Virus record (IMG/VR): IMGVR_UViG_3300034374_007216
Span: 18,799-82,798 of that record
Direction: 5' to 3' (one strand)
Origin: a virus
Length of the DNA: 64,000 nt
Of this stretch, positions 31,463 through 42,117 are shown piece by piece. The notes below the pieces were generated by a model. The model saw nothing but the letters and a program-made list of their open reading frames with translations. It made no database searches and was not told where the DNA came from. Numbering within the stretch: position 1 is the stretch's first letter; each line of letters begins with the position of its first letter. Made by a program: the position numbers and the translations under genes.

Positions 31463-32017
31463 AGAATGAGAATGACGAAAGAAAATAGAGAATGGCTTGA
31501 AATTGCTTTGTTATTAGGCGAAGACAATATGACATTATTCCACGATTCCCGTTGGGAATGGATTTGTGAATATGATGTGTTCATGAATGCTTATGTTCGT
31601 TTTGGCGGAGATGCAGACACACACTTTACAAATGACGAGGCTCTTGAGCAGACGATAGAATACGCATACATGAAAATCCAAGATTGTTTTGAAGAAATTT
31701 GCAGAAGGATGATGAGGCTGAAATAAAATGACAAAAGAAAAAGAAATTGAAAAGCAAATAAAACAGGAGATGCTTGTCATACAAGCAAAGATGGAACGGC
31801 TACAGGCATGGAAGGACAGTGGGTACGGGCAACCTTGTGTTGAACACACTTGGCAACTTTTAAACAATCCCGAAATAATTCTTGGCACGAATCCTAAGAT
31901 ATACATTTTGAAATTCAAATGCAACAGATGTGGTATGGCTATGCAAGAACAGGCATCGGTTGTCGAAGAAACACTCTATGACGAGTGGCAAGAATTTAGA
32001 GAAGGAGGCGAAGAAGA

Positions 32018-32536
32018 ATGAATATTTTCGTACTTGATACCAACCCAATCATTGCGGCTGAAATGCACTGCGACAAGCATGTGCCTAAGATGTGTGTTGA
32101 AGCGGCACAAATGATGGCATCAGCCCTACGCCGCCACGGTGCGACTGATGAGCAGATGCCACTCACCAAAGCAGGTAAAGCATACAAAGGTGGGTACAAA
32201 CATCACCCATGTACAGTATGGGCGGGAGATTCATGGGCAAACCTCGATTGGCTTGCTTCTCACGCTATTGCTTTGTGCGTTGAGTTTGAGTTCCGCTTCG
32301 GAAAAGAACACGCTTGCCTACAACCTATTGTCAAAATGGATGCACTCAACAGAAAAATGTACGAATCTATTCCATACAAAGAACTTACACCATTCGCACA
32401 GGCAATGCCCGACGAGTATCGTGATGAAGATGCGGTCAAGGCATACCGAGCATACTACCATTCCAAGCAGTTCGCCAAGTGGGAGAAGGGTACACCTGCT
32501 CCTTCGTGGTGGCGAGGCGTGGAGGTGACAGCGTGA
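32018..32536 (+). CDS. Pyrimidine-dimer DNA glycosylase/endonuclease V-like protein
   Basis: MNIFVLD..AA..HCDKHV.KM..EAAQM, HHPCTVW, AYRAYY. Confidence 0.75.
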   Translation: MNIFVLDTNPIIAAEMHCDKHVPKMCVEAAQMMASALRRHGATDEQMPLTKAGKAYKGGYKHHPCTVWAGDSWANLDWLASHAIALCVEFEFRFGKEHACLQPIVKMDALNRKMYESIPYKELTPFAQAMPDEYRDEDAVKAYRAYYHSKQFAKWEKGTPAPSWWRGVEVTA

Positions 32537-33051
32537 GTTGTGAAAACAAATGGCTTACTACAGGGTGGCACATCTCTTACGGGTGGACTCCAATAGCAAG
32601 GAGGCAAAAGTGGCATTGGTATTGCGAGTGCTGTGGTGAGGAAAGGTATTCTTCAACTACACCACGAAAGCGAGGCGTGGAGGTGACGGCATGAGTGAAT
32701 ATAGAAAACAGTTAGAAGAAAGAGATGGAGTTAGCCGAGTGTTTTGTTTGAAGTGTAATACTTTGTATCAAGACCCTAATGGTTATCCGATAGGTTTCAC
32801 TGTGAGATATTGTTGCTCTCAAGAAACTGAAACAAACCAAGAGCGTATAGATTTCCTCGTGACTTATCCTCATAGGCAAGGCGTGGAGGTGACAGTATGA
32901 GTGAAAAATGTAGTAGTAAAGGATGTAATGAACCAGCATACAGACAATGCAAAAATTGTGAAGTAATACGATGTGAAGACTGTGAATCAATTTTCCCAAA
33001 CGGGATTGATTATTTCACAAGTCTTTGTCGTGAATGCGAGGAGGTGAAGGC

Positions 33052-33702
33052 GTGAGAGTTCTTGTAGCATGTGAATGTAGTGGAAGAGTGCGTGAGGCTT
33101 TTCGGAAGTTGGGGCATGATGCTTGGTCTTGCGACATACAACCTGCCGACGATGATTCACCGTATCATTACCAAACTGATGTATTCGATGTTATTAACAA
33201 AGGGTGGGATTTGATGATTGCACACCCTCCATGTACATACCTTACCGTAACGGGTAATTCATGGTTCTATCATCCAGATGACAAACACTTACCTTTGGAA
33301 GAGCGACGACCTCATCCACGGTTTCCGAATCGCAGACAACACCGTGAAGAAGCGGTGGAGTTCTTCATGGCGTTGTACAATGCCGACATACCAAAGATTG
33401 CTATTGAGAATCCTGTTGGTATCATGAGTACGAGGTTTAGAAAACCCGACCAAATATTTCAGCCGTATCAATTCGGCGACCCTTACGAGAAAAAGACATG
33501 CCTTTGGTTGAAGGGGCTTGACAAACTTGAAGATACAAATGTTGTCGAACCCGAACCAAGAGTTGTTTTCAAGAGTGGTAAGTCAATGCCAGCATGGTAT
33601 GTGGAGGCGGCGAAACTACCACCGAAAGAAAGAGAGAAAGCAAGGAGTGTTACATTCCAAGGGTTTGCCGATGCAATGGCTGAACAATGGGGAGATGAAT
33701 AA
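33052..33702 (+). CDS. Phage-type DNA cytosine methyltransferase
   Basis: RVLVACECSG, AHPPCTYL (PC) and IENPV motifs. Confidence 0.75.
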   Translation: MRVLVACECSGRVREAFRKLGHDAWSCDIQPADDDSPYHYQTDVFDVINKGWDLMIAHPPCTYLTVTGNSWFYHPDDKHLPLEERRPHPRFPNRRQHREEAVEFFMALYNADIPKIAIENPVGIMSTRFRKPDQIFQPYQFGDPYEKKTCLWLKGLDKLEDTNVVEPEPRVVFKSGKSMPAWYVEAAKLPPKEREKARSVTFQGFADAMAEQWGDE

Positions 33703-34044
33703 ATGTGGATAGCAATAACAGAAGGATGGCTAAGTATAGTAGGACATAGGGATAAACCCGAACACCTCTTAGTAAGGGCGAGGAATCCCGAAGCAATAAG
33801 AAGAACATTTGGTAAGGAACGGATGTATTACATTGGTGATGCAGACTATCCTTATCGAGCAGATATACCAAGAGGTGAGGTTGCCGAGTTTCTCACTCGC
33901 AGACTGACACACATGAAGTATGACAACTTCAAGAACACAGTTGATGATTGGGAATATAGGGATGTATTACATTCAGTATGGAACAGAATGTACAGATACG
34001 GAGAACAATACAGAAGAGATGGATTAGGAGTTGAAGAAGAATGA
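33703..34044 (+). CDS. Conserved phage hypothetical protein
   Basis: MWI...LVRAR...DYPYRA...YDNFK pattern. Confidence 0.6.
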   Translation: MWIAITEGWLSIVGHRDKPEHLLVRARNPEAIRRTFGKERMYYIGDADYPYRADIPRGEVAEFLTRRLTHMKYDNFKNTVDDWEYRDVLHSVWNRMYRYGEQYRRDGLGVEEE

Positions 34045-34339
34045 AGGAACATGACTTTGCTACGAAGATAATTGATGGTTTGGTTGAGAAATTGGAACGA
34101 TTACAAAAGTTGGAGGCGGCGGTTGTTGGTTCGTGGATGGAGTCTTGTGACCAAGGCTCACCGTGGCACAAACTGTTGAGATACCCTTGTGTTGATTTAG
34201 GATATTTGGAACTGCGTGATGTTGAAGTCACTCGTGAGGCGTTTGACGGTAGCACTTTCTCATACACTACTCGTGAGTTTCACTTGAAAGAAGAGTACGA
34301 AGAAATGGCGAAAGCGTGGATTGCACGAGGTGAAGAAGA

Positions 34340-34774
34340 ATGAACACACCAATTAAGGTAGGTGGTGGCACACTCACGATGTGCGACATCCATGACTTCC
34401 GTGATACACTACGCAAAGAACATACGGTGGTAACTCTATGTCGCTACCCTCCGAATTGGAGTAGTAGTGATAAGAATGAGCGACATCACTATTACTTTAG
34501 AGCACACAACAGCGACCCTGCGATTTGGTGTCATGCTGTTAATTTAGTCATGGACTTACTCAAAGAGGGTAAAGATGTTCTCTTGCATTGTGTTCATGGT
34601 CGTGACCGAACAGGTGGGGTTGCGTATGTCGTGCTACGACTACATGACTACGACCACGACACAGCATACAGAACAATGGTTGAGGCTCGCCCTTCACAAG
34701 AGATGGAGTGGGCGACCAAGTTAGTGTACGGGCAACCATTGTACAGACAAATAATTGATGAGTATTTAAACTAA
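34340..34774 (+). CDS. Dual-specificity (CX5R) phosphatase
   Basis: VLLHCVHGRDRTG. Confidence 0.8.
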   Translation: MNTPIKVGGGTLTMCDIHDFRDTLRKEHTVVTLCRYPPNWSSSDKNERHHYYFRAHNSDPAIWCHAVNLVMDLLKEGKDVLLHCVHGRDRTGGVAYVVLRLHDYDHDTAYRTMVEARPSQEMEWATKLVYGQPLYRQIIDEYLN

Positions 34775-34782
34775 CTAAGAAA
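34761..34782 (+). promoter_or_regulatory. Conserved promoter motif copy 7
   Basis: AGTATTTAAACTAACTAAGAAA, then GGAG-ATG. Confidence 0.8.
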
Positions 34783-34789
34783 AAAGGAG

Positions 34790-35794
34790 ATGAATAATAT
34801 GGCACACAATATAGCACAAACAGAAAATGGAAGATATATGACCGCATGGACAGGCAATACGCCGTGGCATGGGTTGGGAACACAAGCACAAGGTTTGATG
34901 ACCGCAACGGAAGCATTGACACTTGCCCATCTTGATTGGGAAGTTGAGAAGCGACCACTATGGAACAAGCGAGAAGATGGGTTGCTTGAGGTTATACCCG
35001 ACACATTTGGCGTATTTAGAAAGGACAATGGCGTGTCACTAACAAGAGGAAAAGCAGTAGGTAAGGTATGGAAACCATTTCAAAATATTGAATCAATGGA
35101 TTTTCTCGATGAACTTACACAGACTCAAGAGGCGAAGATTGAGGTAACGGGTGCTCTCGGTAACGGTGAGCAGGTATGGGTACTTGCTAAACTACCCGAT
35201 TCAATTATCATCAATGGTATGGATGTAGTGGACCAATATATTCTCGTGGTGAACAATCACGACGGTAGTGGTTCTCTCAAGATTTTCCTTACACCTATTC
35301 GTGTCGTTTGTAACAATACACTTACAATGGCTCTTAGAGGCAGAAACAACGGCTACAACATTCGACACACAGGCAAACTACACGACAGGGTTGCGGCGGC
35401 ACGAGAGGCACTTAACATGGTCAATAAGGACTTCATGGATTGGGGTGAATTGGCAGGGCAACTTGTTACCTTTGAAATGACCGAAGATGACATGGACTCA
35501 TACTTCATTGATACACTCGGTTTGACTTTCAACAAAGAAGGCGACTTGACAACCCGTTCCAGCAATATTCTTTTATCAGTAAAAGAAACTCTTGCTCGGC
35601 CAACAAACAAACTCGCCGGCATGGAAGGTACGGCGTGGGCGGCATACAATGCCGTAACCGAAGCGATTGACCACGACTTCACTAAACTACAGAACGGTGA
35701 AGTGAGTCATAAGCGAATGGAGTCAGCATTGTTTGGTACATACGCACGAACAAAACAGAAGGCATTCATGAAAGCGTTGGAGATGACAGTTTGA
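34790..35794 (+). CDS. DUF932/DUF945 family phage-plasmid protein
   Basis: PWHGLG, NHDGSGS, TPIRVVCNNTL, GTAWAAYNAVTE. Confidence 0.85.
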   Translation: MNNMAHNIAQTENGRYMTAWTGNTPWHGLGTQAQGLMTATEALTLAHLDWEVEKRPLWNKREDGLLEVIPDTFGVFRKDNGVSLTRGKAVGKVWKPFQNIESMDFLDELTQTQEAKIEVTGALGNGEQVWVLAKLPDSIIINGMDVVDQYILVVNNHDGSGSLKIFLTPIRVVCNNTLTMALRGRNNGYNIRHTGKLHDRVAAAREALNMVNKDFMDWGELAGQLVTFEMTEDDMDSYFIDTLGLTFNKEGDLTTRSSNILLSVKETLARPTNKLAGMEGTAWAAYNAVTEAIDHDFTKLQNGEVSHKRMESALFGTYARTKQKAFMKALEMTV

Positions 35795-36114
35795 AATTAC
35801 ATGGAATAGGAACTGATACATGGTACAAAAGAGAACCTGTAGTGTGTGCTGATGGATATAAAATATCCATTCAAGCATCTTCCACTCATTACTCATCACC
35901 AAGAAGTACAGCAAAAAAATACAAGGCTTGTGAATTAGGTTATCCAAGTGAAGCAGACGAACTAATCAATAGTTATGCAGAAAGCGAAGATTATACCTCC
36001 ACTATATATCCTTATGTTCCCGCCAAAGTGATTCAAGCATTGCTTGAGAAACATGGTGGTGTTGTTAGTGGTGAATGTCCATTGTTAGATTTGACGGAGA
36101 GTGAAGAAGAGTGA
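35791..36114 (+). CDS. Conserved phage hypothetical protein
   Basis: CADG.KISIQAS.THYSSPR...ELGYPS. Confidence 0.6.
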   Translation: MKLHGIGTDTWYKREPVVCADGYKISIQASSTHYSSPRSTAKKYKACELGYPSEADELINSYAESEDYTSTIYPYVPAKVIQALLEKHGGVVSGECPLLDLTESEEE

Positions 36115-36336
36115 AAGATGAAACAATCACAATCATAGATGTTGATGATGAGTTCATCAATGATACAATCATTTTAGATAACGAAGAAAGAAGATTTATT
36201 TCTATGACAAAGGCTGAGGGCATTGCTTGTCCACACTGTAAAGAGCGTGATGAAAGAAACCTTCTGTATCAAATGGACAACGGTGAATACTTTTACATAG
36301 GGTATTGTTGTGGGAAGTTTAGCATCTGCGAGGTAA

Positions 36337-37068
36337 ATGGTGAGGACAATGGATTGGCAACCGAGTAAAGAACTTATACAATGGGGAAACGAACATTTTG
36401 GAATGTTAGCAAAGGATTCAGTTTGGTCGCCCGAAGATTCGGGCGTACAGTATCGAAAAATGGATGACAACAAGTTTGCTCTCATCTTCATGCTCAATCA
36501 TCCTTTGGCTCAAGAACATCATGAAAAATTCAGTTTGCTGATGGAGGCTTGCGGGTACGAAGTTGAGAAACCCGATGGGCTACAAATGGTAACACCTCCA
36601 CTCAATCCAATTCAACAAGCAGAAATGCAACATGAAATGAGGCAAAAGATTGCTGAAACATGGGCGTGTGAGTGTGGTTTTCCTCTCGCTAACTGCGACC
36701 TTGAACAAAGAGTTGATGAGTATGTTGAAACTATTGATGCTGATGTTGGCGACGGTCAAACAACTCCCGTTGATATTTGGCGTTGCATTATTCAGTGTAG
36801 TGCGTGTGGTACGGATTTGTCTATTGACCCCGACGACTATCATCTTTTAGCAGGTGATTCATTGTTCATGTCTTGGACATCAAGCACCCATCACTACACT
36901 GCTCTAACAAGAGCACAGTTGAAGGACTTCGCTGATGCGGGTTTATTCACCGATGGCTACAGTGCCAACATTACAGTTCTTGGTGAAAAGGTAGGAGATG
37001 AGAAAGTACCTTCATGGTTATGGGGTATTTCAGTAATATCAAAAGAACTGAATGATGAAGAAGAGTAA
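36337..37068 (+). CDS. Hypothetical zinc-binding protein
   Basis: 243-aa ORF; CECG and CSACG. Confidence 0.6.
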   Translation: MVRTMDWQPSKELIQWGNEHFGMLAKDSVWSPEDSGVQYRKMDDNKFALIFMLNHPLAQEHHEKFSLLMEACGYEVEKPDGLQMVTPPLNPIQQAEMQHEMRQKIAETWACECGFPLANCDLEQRVDEYVETIDADVGDGQTTPVDIWRCIIQCSACGTDLSIDPDDYHLLAGDSLFMSWTSSTHHYTALTRAQLKDFADAGLFTDGYSANITVLGEKVGDEKVPSWLWGISVISKELNDEEE

Positions 37069-38281
37069 CATGAAACTCTCAAAAGCGTGTGATTTAATCA
37101 CACTTATGCCAAAGATTTCCGCTTCGGATGTAACGAAAGAAGAGTGCATCGAACTATGGGAATTTTTAAACACCGATAAAAGATTATCAATGACTCAACA
37201 CATGTTGAAAATCAAGTTAGCCGATGAGTGTGGTGTATTTGTTGATAACCTCATCGAAGCGATGGATGATAAACCATTGTGTGAAGTTCTATCATGGGAA
37301 GCAGGTGATACAGGCAACGATGAGATAGAACTTATACACATCATGAACATCATGCGTAACGCTCATGCTCATGAAAGACATTGGATATTGGATTTATGTT
37401 TCAATCTATCAGCACCCCAATGTGAATTTGTTTGGAGATGGGCGTTAAATTACAGATGGAATTCTATACGCAACATCATGGTGAAGTGGCTTGACAAAGA
37501 AAGCAAACTGAATGAAACATACGACTTCGATACGAAACTTTCAGTCATTTACGACGGTTTAGATGTAGGTATGATAGATGAGGACTACGAGAAACTTGAG
37601 GCGTGGGCATCGAATGATGTACCAGAAAAGTATTGGTTTGTTACTGATTGCTCGACATTGATGTTTGTTAAGAATGGCATAGTTCGATGGCGAAACGGAA
37701 AAATAAATACTGAGTATTCTATTGTTACCAGCAAAGATAATTCATCGGCATGGGTGTGGGAGAATCCAAAACAAACAGGGCTTTGGTGCAGTGAGGACAC
37801 AGGACTATCTTTTGCTACATACAAAGAGCCATTAGATACATCGTGGATTCAATCAAGAATGTTATTAGAATCGTATGCGAAAGGCGGATTTTTAATTCAT
37901 CATAAAAATAAATACTACTTACTTACAAGTGGAACAAACACATTATACGCACAGGTTATGACTGTACAGAATTTGGATAAAGGAGGATATGAATTTGTTA
38001 TCGGTTTTGTTGATGGTAGCGAGGTTGTTGATACGACGACACTCGTGATGGAACTATTACCATTTGAACTTGAGAGTGCTCTCAAAAGGAGGAAGGTCTA
38101 TCCGAACATTAGACACGCATTCCATCCCATAGAAGATTGTTTAGTGGTGAAATTAAACTTTACATGGACAGTTGAAAAGGGGTGGCACATTGTTTTCGAT
38201 AGTGTTGAAGATTCATACGGTATTGATAACATAGATGACATAGCGTATTTCTATTCGATAGTTGGTGATGATTATGAGTAA
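37052..38281 (+). CDS. Divergent, probably inactive ATP-dependent DNA ligase-like protein
   Basis: Ligase-like domain order and remnants (WRNG, GGFLIH, FVIGFVDG) but no KxDG. Confidence 0.4.
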   Translation: MMKKSNMKLSKACDLITLMPKISASDVTKEECIELWEFLNTDKRLSMTQHMLKIKLADECGVFVDNLIEAMDDKPLCEVLSWEAGDTGNDEIELIHIMNIMRNAHAHERHWILDLCFNLSAPQCEFVWRWALNYRWNSIRNIMVKWLDKESKLNETYDFDTKLSVIYDGLDVGMIDEDYEKLEAWASNDVPEKYWFVTDCSTLMFVKNGIVRWRNGKINTEYSIVTSKDNSSAWVWENPKQTGLWCSEDTGLSFATYKEPLDTSWIQSRMLLESYAKGGFLIHHKNKYYLLTSGTNTLYAQVMTVQNLDKGGYEFVIGFVDGSEVVDTTTLVMELLPFELESALKRRKVYPNIRHAFHPIEDCLVVKLNFTWTVEKGWHIVFDSVEDSYGIDNIDDIAYFYSIVGDDYE

Positions 38282-38684
38282 TGTAGCATACATAGGATTG
38301 GGTTTAATTCTTAATAAAATTAGATACCATACTGTAGTTGCTATTCGCAAAGGTGGGTATGGGTACAAGGCGAGATGTTACATTAAGCGTATGAAGTGCA
38401 GTGATGAACAATTGAAGTGTATGGAAATATGGGCTAACATGCATGGCTTGACGCTAATGGAAACCACCAAAATAGAAAACAAAGAAAATTTGGTTAAGTG
38501 GTTAGATGTGCTTGAGCCTTACATACATCTTTTAGACTCGGATATAAGAAAAGGCTATCTTAGAGTGAAGTGGATGTGTGAGAATCCCATGCCACGCATA
38601 CCCAAAAACATGCATAGGTATTGGAATCAATTCTATGATTGGGTAAGAGCATGGGATGCATACAACGAGGAAATTGATGATTAG
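38262..38684 (+). CDS. Hypothetical protein (possibly LAGLIDADG-like fold)
   Basis: 140-aa ORF; weak resemblance only. Confidence 0.4.
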   Translation: MVMIMSNVAYIGLGLILNKIRYHTVVAIRKGGYGYKARCYIKRMKCSDEQLKCMEIWANMHGLTLMETTKIENKENLVKWLDVLEPYIHLLDSDIRKGYLRVKWMCENPMPRIPKNMHRYWNQFYDWVRAWDAYNEEIDD

Positions 38685-38704
38685 TATTTAAACTAACTAA
38701 GAAA
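38683..38704 (+). promoter_or_regulatory. Conserved promoter motif copy 8, upstream of replication operon
   Basis: AGTATTTAAACTAACTAAGAAA. Confidence 0.8.
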
Positions 38705-38721
38705 AAAGGGGTTGAGAAAAA

Positions 38722-39651
38722 ATGACTTGGAATGAATTGATACGACCACAAACGCCACAAGAAATTGTTGGCAACGATGAGTTTGTCCTTGACGCTCAAG
38801 AGTGGGAGAGAACGGGGCAATACCCATCTGCTCTCCTATTTATTGGTGAATCGGGAACAGGTAAATCAAGTGCGGCCCATGTCATTGTACGCTCCCTGCT
38901 TGGAAAGTATCACAACGATATGAATGTCCTTTGGACAAACGCAAGCGACGATAGAGGTATTGCTTACATTCGTGAGGAATTGAAGGACTTTGTTCGTTTG
39001 CGAGGTATCGGTGTAAAGCGAAAACCTGTAGTATTGGATGAGGCTGATGGGCTTACTCCTACGGCACAAGACGCTTTGCGTGGTATTATGGAACAATATT
39101 CCGAGAGTATTGTCTTCATACTAACGGCTAACTATGGCGATAAAATTAGACCTGCTATCAAAAGCAGATGTACAACATACATTTTCAATCGCTTGTCGCC
39201 GGAGCAGGGGGCTTCTCACCTTCACAGACTTACAGAATCATGCGGTGCTCCTGTTGATTGGACTCCGTATTATGGCGATGTTGTAAAGTATCACGATGGC
39301 GACCTCCGAGCCGCCATCAATACACTTGAACGCATTCCTAAAACAGCAGACGCTATTCAAAGATTCGTCATTGAGGATAATGACGATTGGTGGGATTACA
39401 TACCAGAAAACAAGTGGAATGAACTTCGTAAGCAAATGCTTACATTATTAAATTCAACGGGCGATAGGTTGGCCTTCATGAACAACTTCCATCGTAGCAC
39501 GAGGAAACACTTTGACACAGATGCAGATACTACATTTGCTGTCATGTCGGTGTATGGTGATATGATGAGGTATGTGTATGAGTGGGGTGGCAGTGACATC
39601 TCATTCGTGGAAGTGCTTGTAGCACGATTGAAAAAGGAAATTGGTGAATGA
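38722..39651 (+). CDS. rfcS: Replication factor C small subunit (clamp loader)
   Basis: W..L.RP, GESGTGKSS, NASDDRGI, LDEADGLT..AQDALR, SRC, GDLR. Confidence 0.9.
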   Translation: MTWNELIRPQTPQEIVGNDEFVLDAQEWERTGQYPSALLFIGESGTGKSSAAHVIVRSLLGKYHNDMNVLWTNASDDRGIAYIREELKDFVRLRGIGVKRKPVVLDEADGLTPTAQDALRGIMEQYSESIVFILTANYGDKIRPAIKSRCTTYIFNRLSPEQGASHLHRLTESCGAPVDWTPYYGDVVKYHDGDLRAAINTLERIPKTADAIQRFVIEDNDDWWDYIPENKWNELRKQMLTLLNSTGDRLAFMNNFHRSTRKHFDTDADTTFAVMSVYGDMMRYVYEWGGSDISFVEVLVARLKKEIGE

Positions 39652-40987
39652 AATGACTAATTGGGAAACAGAAGATGAATATGGAGATATAGAAGAGGTT
39701 GAGGCTCAAGGCTTTGGTGCATCCGAAGCACCTGCTGAGAAATCAATCCTTCCGAATGAGGTAATGAGTCGTATTTCGGCTTATGCTGAACGAACAGGAA
39801 AAAGTGTAGTTGAGGCTACACAGGAGTTTTATGCTGACATTGAGAAGCATTACGGTTGTACCGAGCCGAGCCAAGAAGATGAAGAACTGCTTATTGATTG
39901 GGCAGAACAATTCTTTGTTGAAACACGAAAAAGAAGTGGTGGTGCAAGTAGCAAACTACAGACCTTTGTAGGTTGCTTCGTTGGTATGGCTGACAAAAAG
40001 GCTGACCGACTAAAGAACATTGTGGCGGCGAACCTTAAGTTGTTTAAGGAAAACCCGAATGAAGCAATCTCATCCGGCAGACTCGGTGCGTTTGAGAAAG
40101 GCGACAACGGCAAATGGACTCTCGTAACCAAAGAGGGTACAAAGGAATTAGATACACCTACAAGTGAAACACCACAATACTCTATCAAAGTGGGAAGTGA
40201 TTTAGTTTGTTTGACAACATACAACAACGACCCTTCCCCTTATGTGAAAATGGGGAGATACTTTTACTTCTTAGGTGATGAAGAAGAAAACTTTGTGAAG
40301 AATGGTTCGATACGCTTGTGGCGTATTGACATGACAGGTAAAAATGTCTATCTCAAAGTTGATGTTGGGCGACCTTGTAAAATTCAAGTAACTCCACCAA
40401 GAGATAATGCAGGTGAGGCATTCCAAGATGTACTCGGTACATACGATGATGTTGATATTACTTACACAGATGAGTTCGTTTCGGACAACCTACGACCATT
40501 ACTACACCCATCTCGATTTTGGACTAATCCGGAATTTCATGACTTGTTCGTTTCTATTGATGAACTTGAAGAAGCATACGAAGAAAGAAAGTTGTTTGCT
40601 AACATTGAGGGAGAGCGTAAATCATACGGTCCTCTCGTCATTACAAAAGGTACAATCAATCGCTTGAACACTGAACCTCGTGATAGCGACTATGATGATG
40701 AGGGTCATAACTACAACATGACACTCAACAGCAACATTACAGGCGACATTGACTGTTGGATTCCGGGTGCAGTTGGTAAATGTAGCGAACCGTTCCGAGC
40801 ACATTGGGGTGAAGATTCATACCTGTACGCTGAGAAATCCACCGTCTTCGTATTCGGCAGAATCGGTATGAAGACAAAGGATGGTCTTACATCACCCAAA
40901 CTCACAGTGTTTGGCATCTATGCCGACCCACGACGCTCACGAGAGCGTATCACAGGCGGCGATACAGGAGTAGGTCAATTCGATTAG
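39641..40987 (+). CDS. Putative OB-fold ssDNA-binding (RPA-like) protein
   Basis: Position in replication operon; beta-rich, acidic; no exact motif. Confidence 0.45.
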   Translation: MVNEMTNWETEDEYGDIEEVEAQGFGASEAPAEKSILPNEVMSRISAYAERTGKSVVEATQEFYADIEKHYGCTEPSQEDEELLIDWAEQFFVETRKRSGGASSKLQTFVGCFVGMADKKADRLKNIVAANLKLFKENPNEAISSGRLGAFEKGDNGKWTLVTKEGTKELDTPTSETPQYSIKVGSDLVCLTTYNNDPSPYVKMGRYFYFLGDEEENFVKNGSIRLWRIDMTGKNVYLKVDVGRPCKIQVTPPRDNAGEAFQDVLGTYDDVDITYTDEFVSDNLRPLLHPSRFWTNPEFHDLFVSIDELEEAYEERKLFANIEGERKSYGPLVITKGTINRLNTEPRDSDYDDEGHNYNMTLNSNITGDIDCWIPGAVGKCSEPFRAHWGEDSYLYAEKSTVFVFGRIGMKTKDGLTSPKLTVFGIYADPRRSRERITGGDTGVGQFD

Positions 40988-40998
40988 GAGTAATAAAT

Positions 40999-41979
40999 AT
41001 GGCAGGTTTTGGAGCAACAGTAAAAGTTGAAGAAGAGAAAGAAGTACAAGAAGAGAAACCAACAAAGAGTGCATCAGCACCCAAGTTGAGTAACGGCGAC
41101 CCATTCGCACATCTTCGTAACGAAGAAGCGAACATGGTTGATGAAAAAATTACTCATCATTTTGTTGGAATTTGTGGGCATGATGGTACAGGTAAGTCGG
41201 GTATTGTTCTCGACGCATTCAACCAATACATGCAGAAGAATCCCGATGCAGAACTACACTCGATTGATTTCGATATGGGTGTAGCAATGCTTAACTCGGC
41301 TATCACGAACAACCCTAACATCAAGTCATGGAAGGCTTGGCAGATGGGTGTTACAGACCGTACCGCATACGATTATCCGGGTACACATCAGCGTGTTATG
41401 GAAATCATACGATACATCTTACAGCGTGTTGAAAGAGAAGGTGCTCCGGTATGGGGCGTACTCATTAGTGGTATTGACTCATGGCTTGAGGTATGTACCA
41501 ACAACATGCGTATCATTGATTTGGGTTTGGCTAAAGATGGTATCGAAGCCGCCGACAATCGTGGTGCGGGTGAAGCAAAGCGTGTTGAGCGACAATCCGA
41601 TTGGGCTATTCGTAACACTCGATTCCACCAACTTACAGCACTATCTCGTAGTCTTGTAAGAGCAGGTGTTCGTGTGTATTGGGAAACCCATCTTCGTAAC
41701 ACCAACTTTTCGTACAATCAAGATTCATCAAGTAACACTTCGTGGCAACCCGAATGGGAAAAGAAAACGAACAACTACTTGCCTACAATCATTTGGACAG
41801 AACAAGAGTTGCACTACGACGATGAAGGTGAACTTGTCAAGACTGAATACAAAGCACGATTCCACAAGTGTAAAACGAATCCAGCACTTCAAGACCAAGT
41901 GCGTACCATATTCGTTACACAACCAGATGGAGAACCACAGTGGTTCGGCTTGCCCGAACTATACGATGGTAGTTTGTGA
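40999..41979 (+). CDS. RecA-superfamily / AAA_24-like P-loop ATPase
   Basis: Walker A GHDGTGKS; IDFD; LISGID. Confidence 0.7.
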   Translation: MAGFGATVKVEEEKEVQEEKPTKSASAPKLSNGDPFAHLRNEEANMVDEKITHHFVGICGHDGTGKSGIVLDAFNQYMQKNPDAELHSIDFDMGVAMLNSAITNNPNIKSWKAWQMGVTDRTAYDYPGTHQRVMEIIRYILQRVEREGAPVWGVLISGIDSWLEVCTNNMRIIDLGLAKDGIEAADNRGAGEAKRVERQSDWAIRNTRFHQLTALSRSLVRAGVRVYWETHLRNTNFSYNQDSSSNTSWQPEWEKKTNNYLPTIIWTEQELHYDDEGELVKTEYKARFHKCKTNPALQDQVRTIFVTQPDGEPQWFGLPELYDGSL

Positions 41980-42117
41980 TATTCACTCTCTATGGGATTA
42001 CCATGAGTGAAAAAAATGGTTTTGTGGGGGTAATAAACGGAAGAGGCTCAACCTACTCACAGGGGGATTTTATCATTTTCATCTCCTTTCCGTTTTCCAT
42101 TTTTTTGAGGCGATAAT

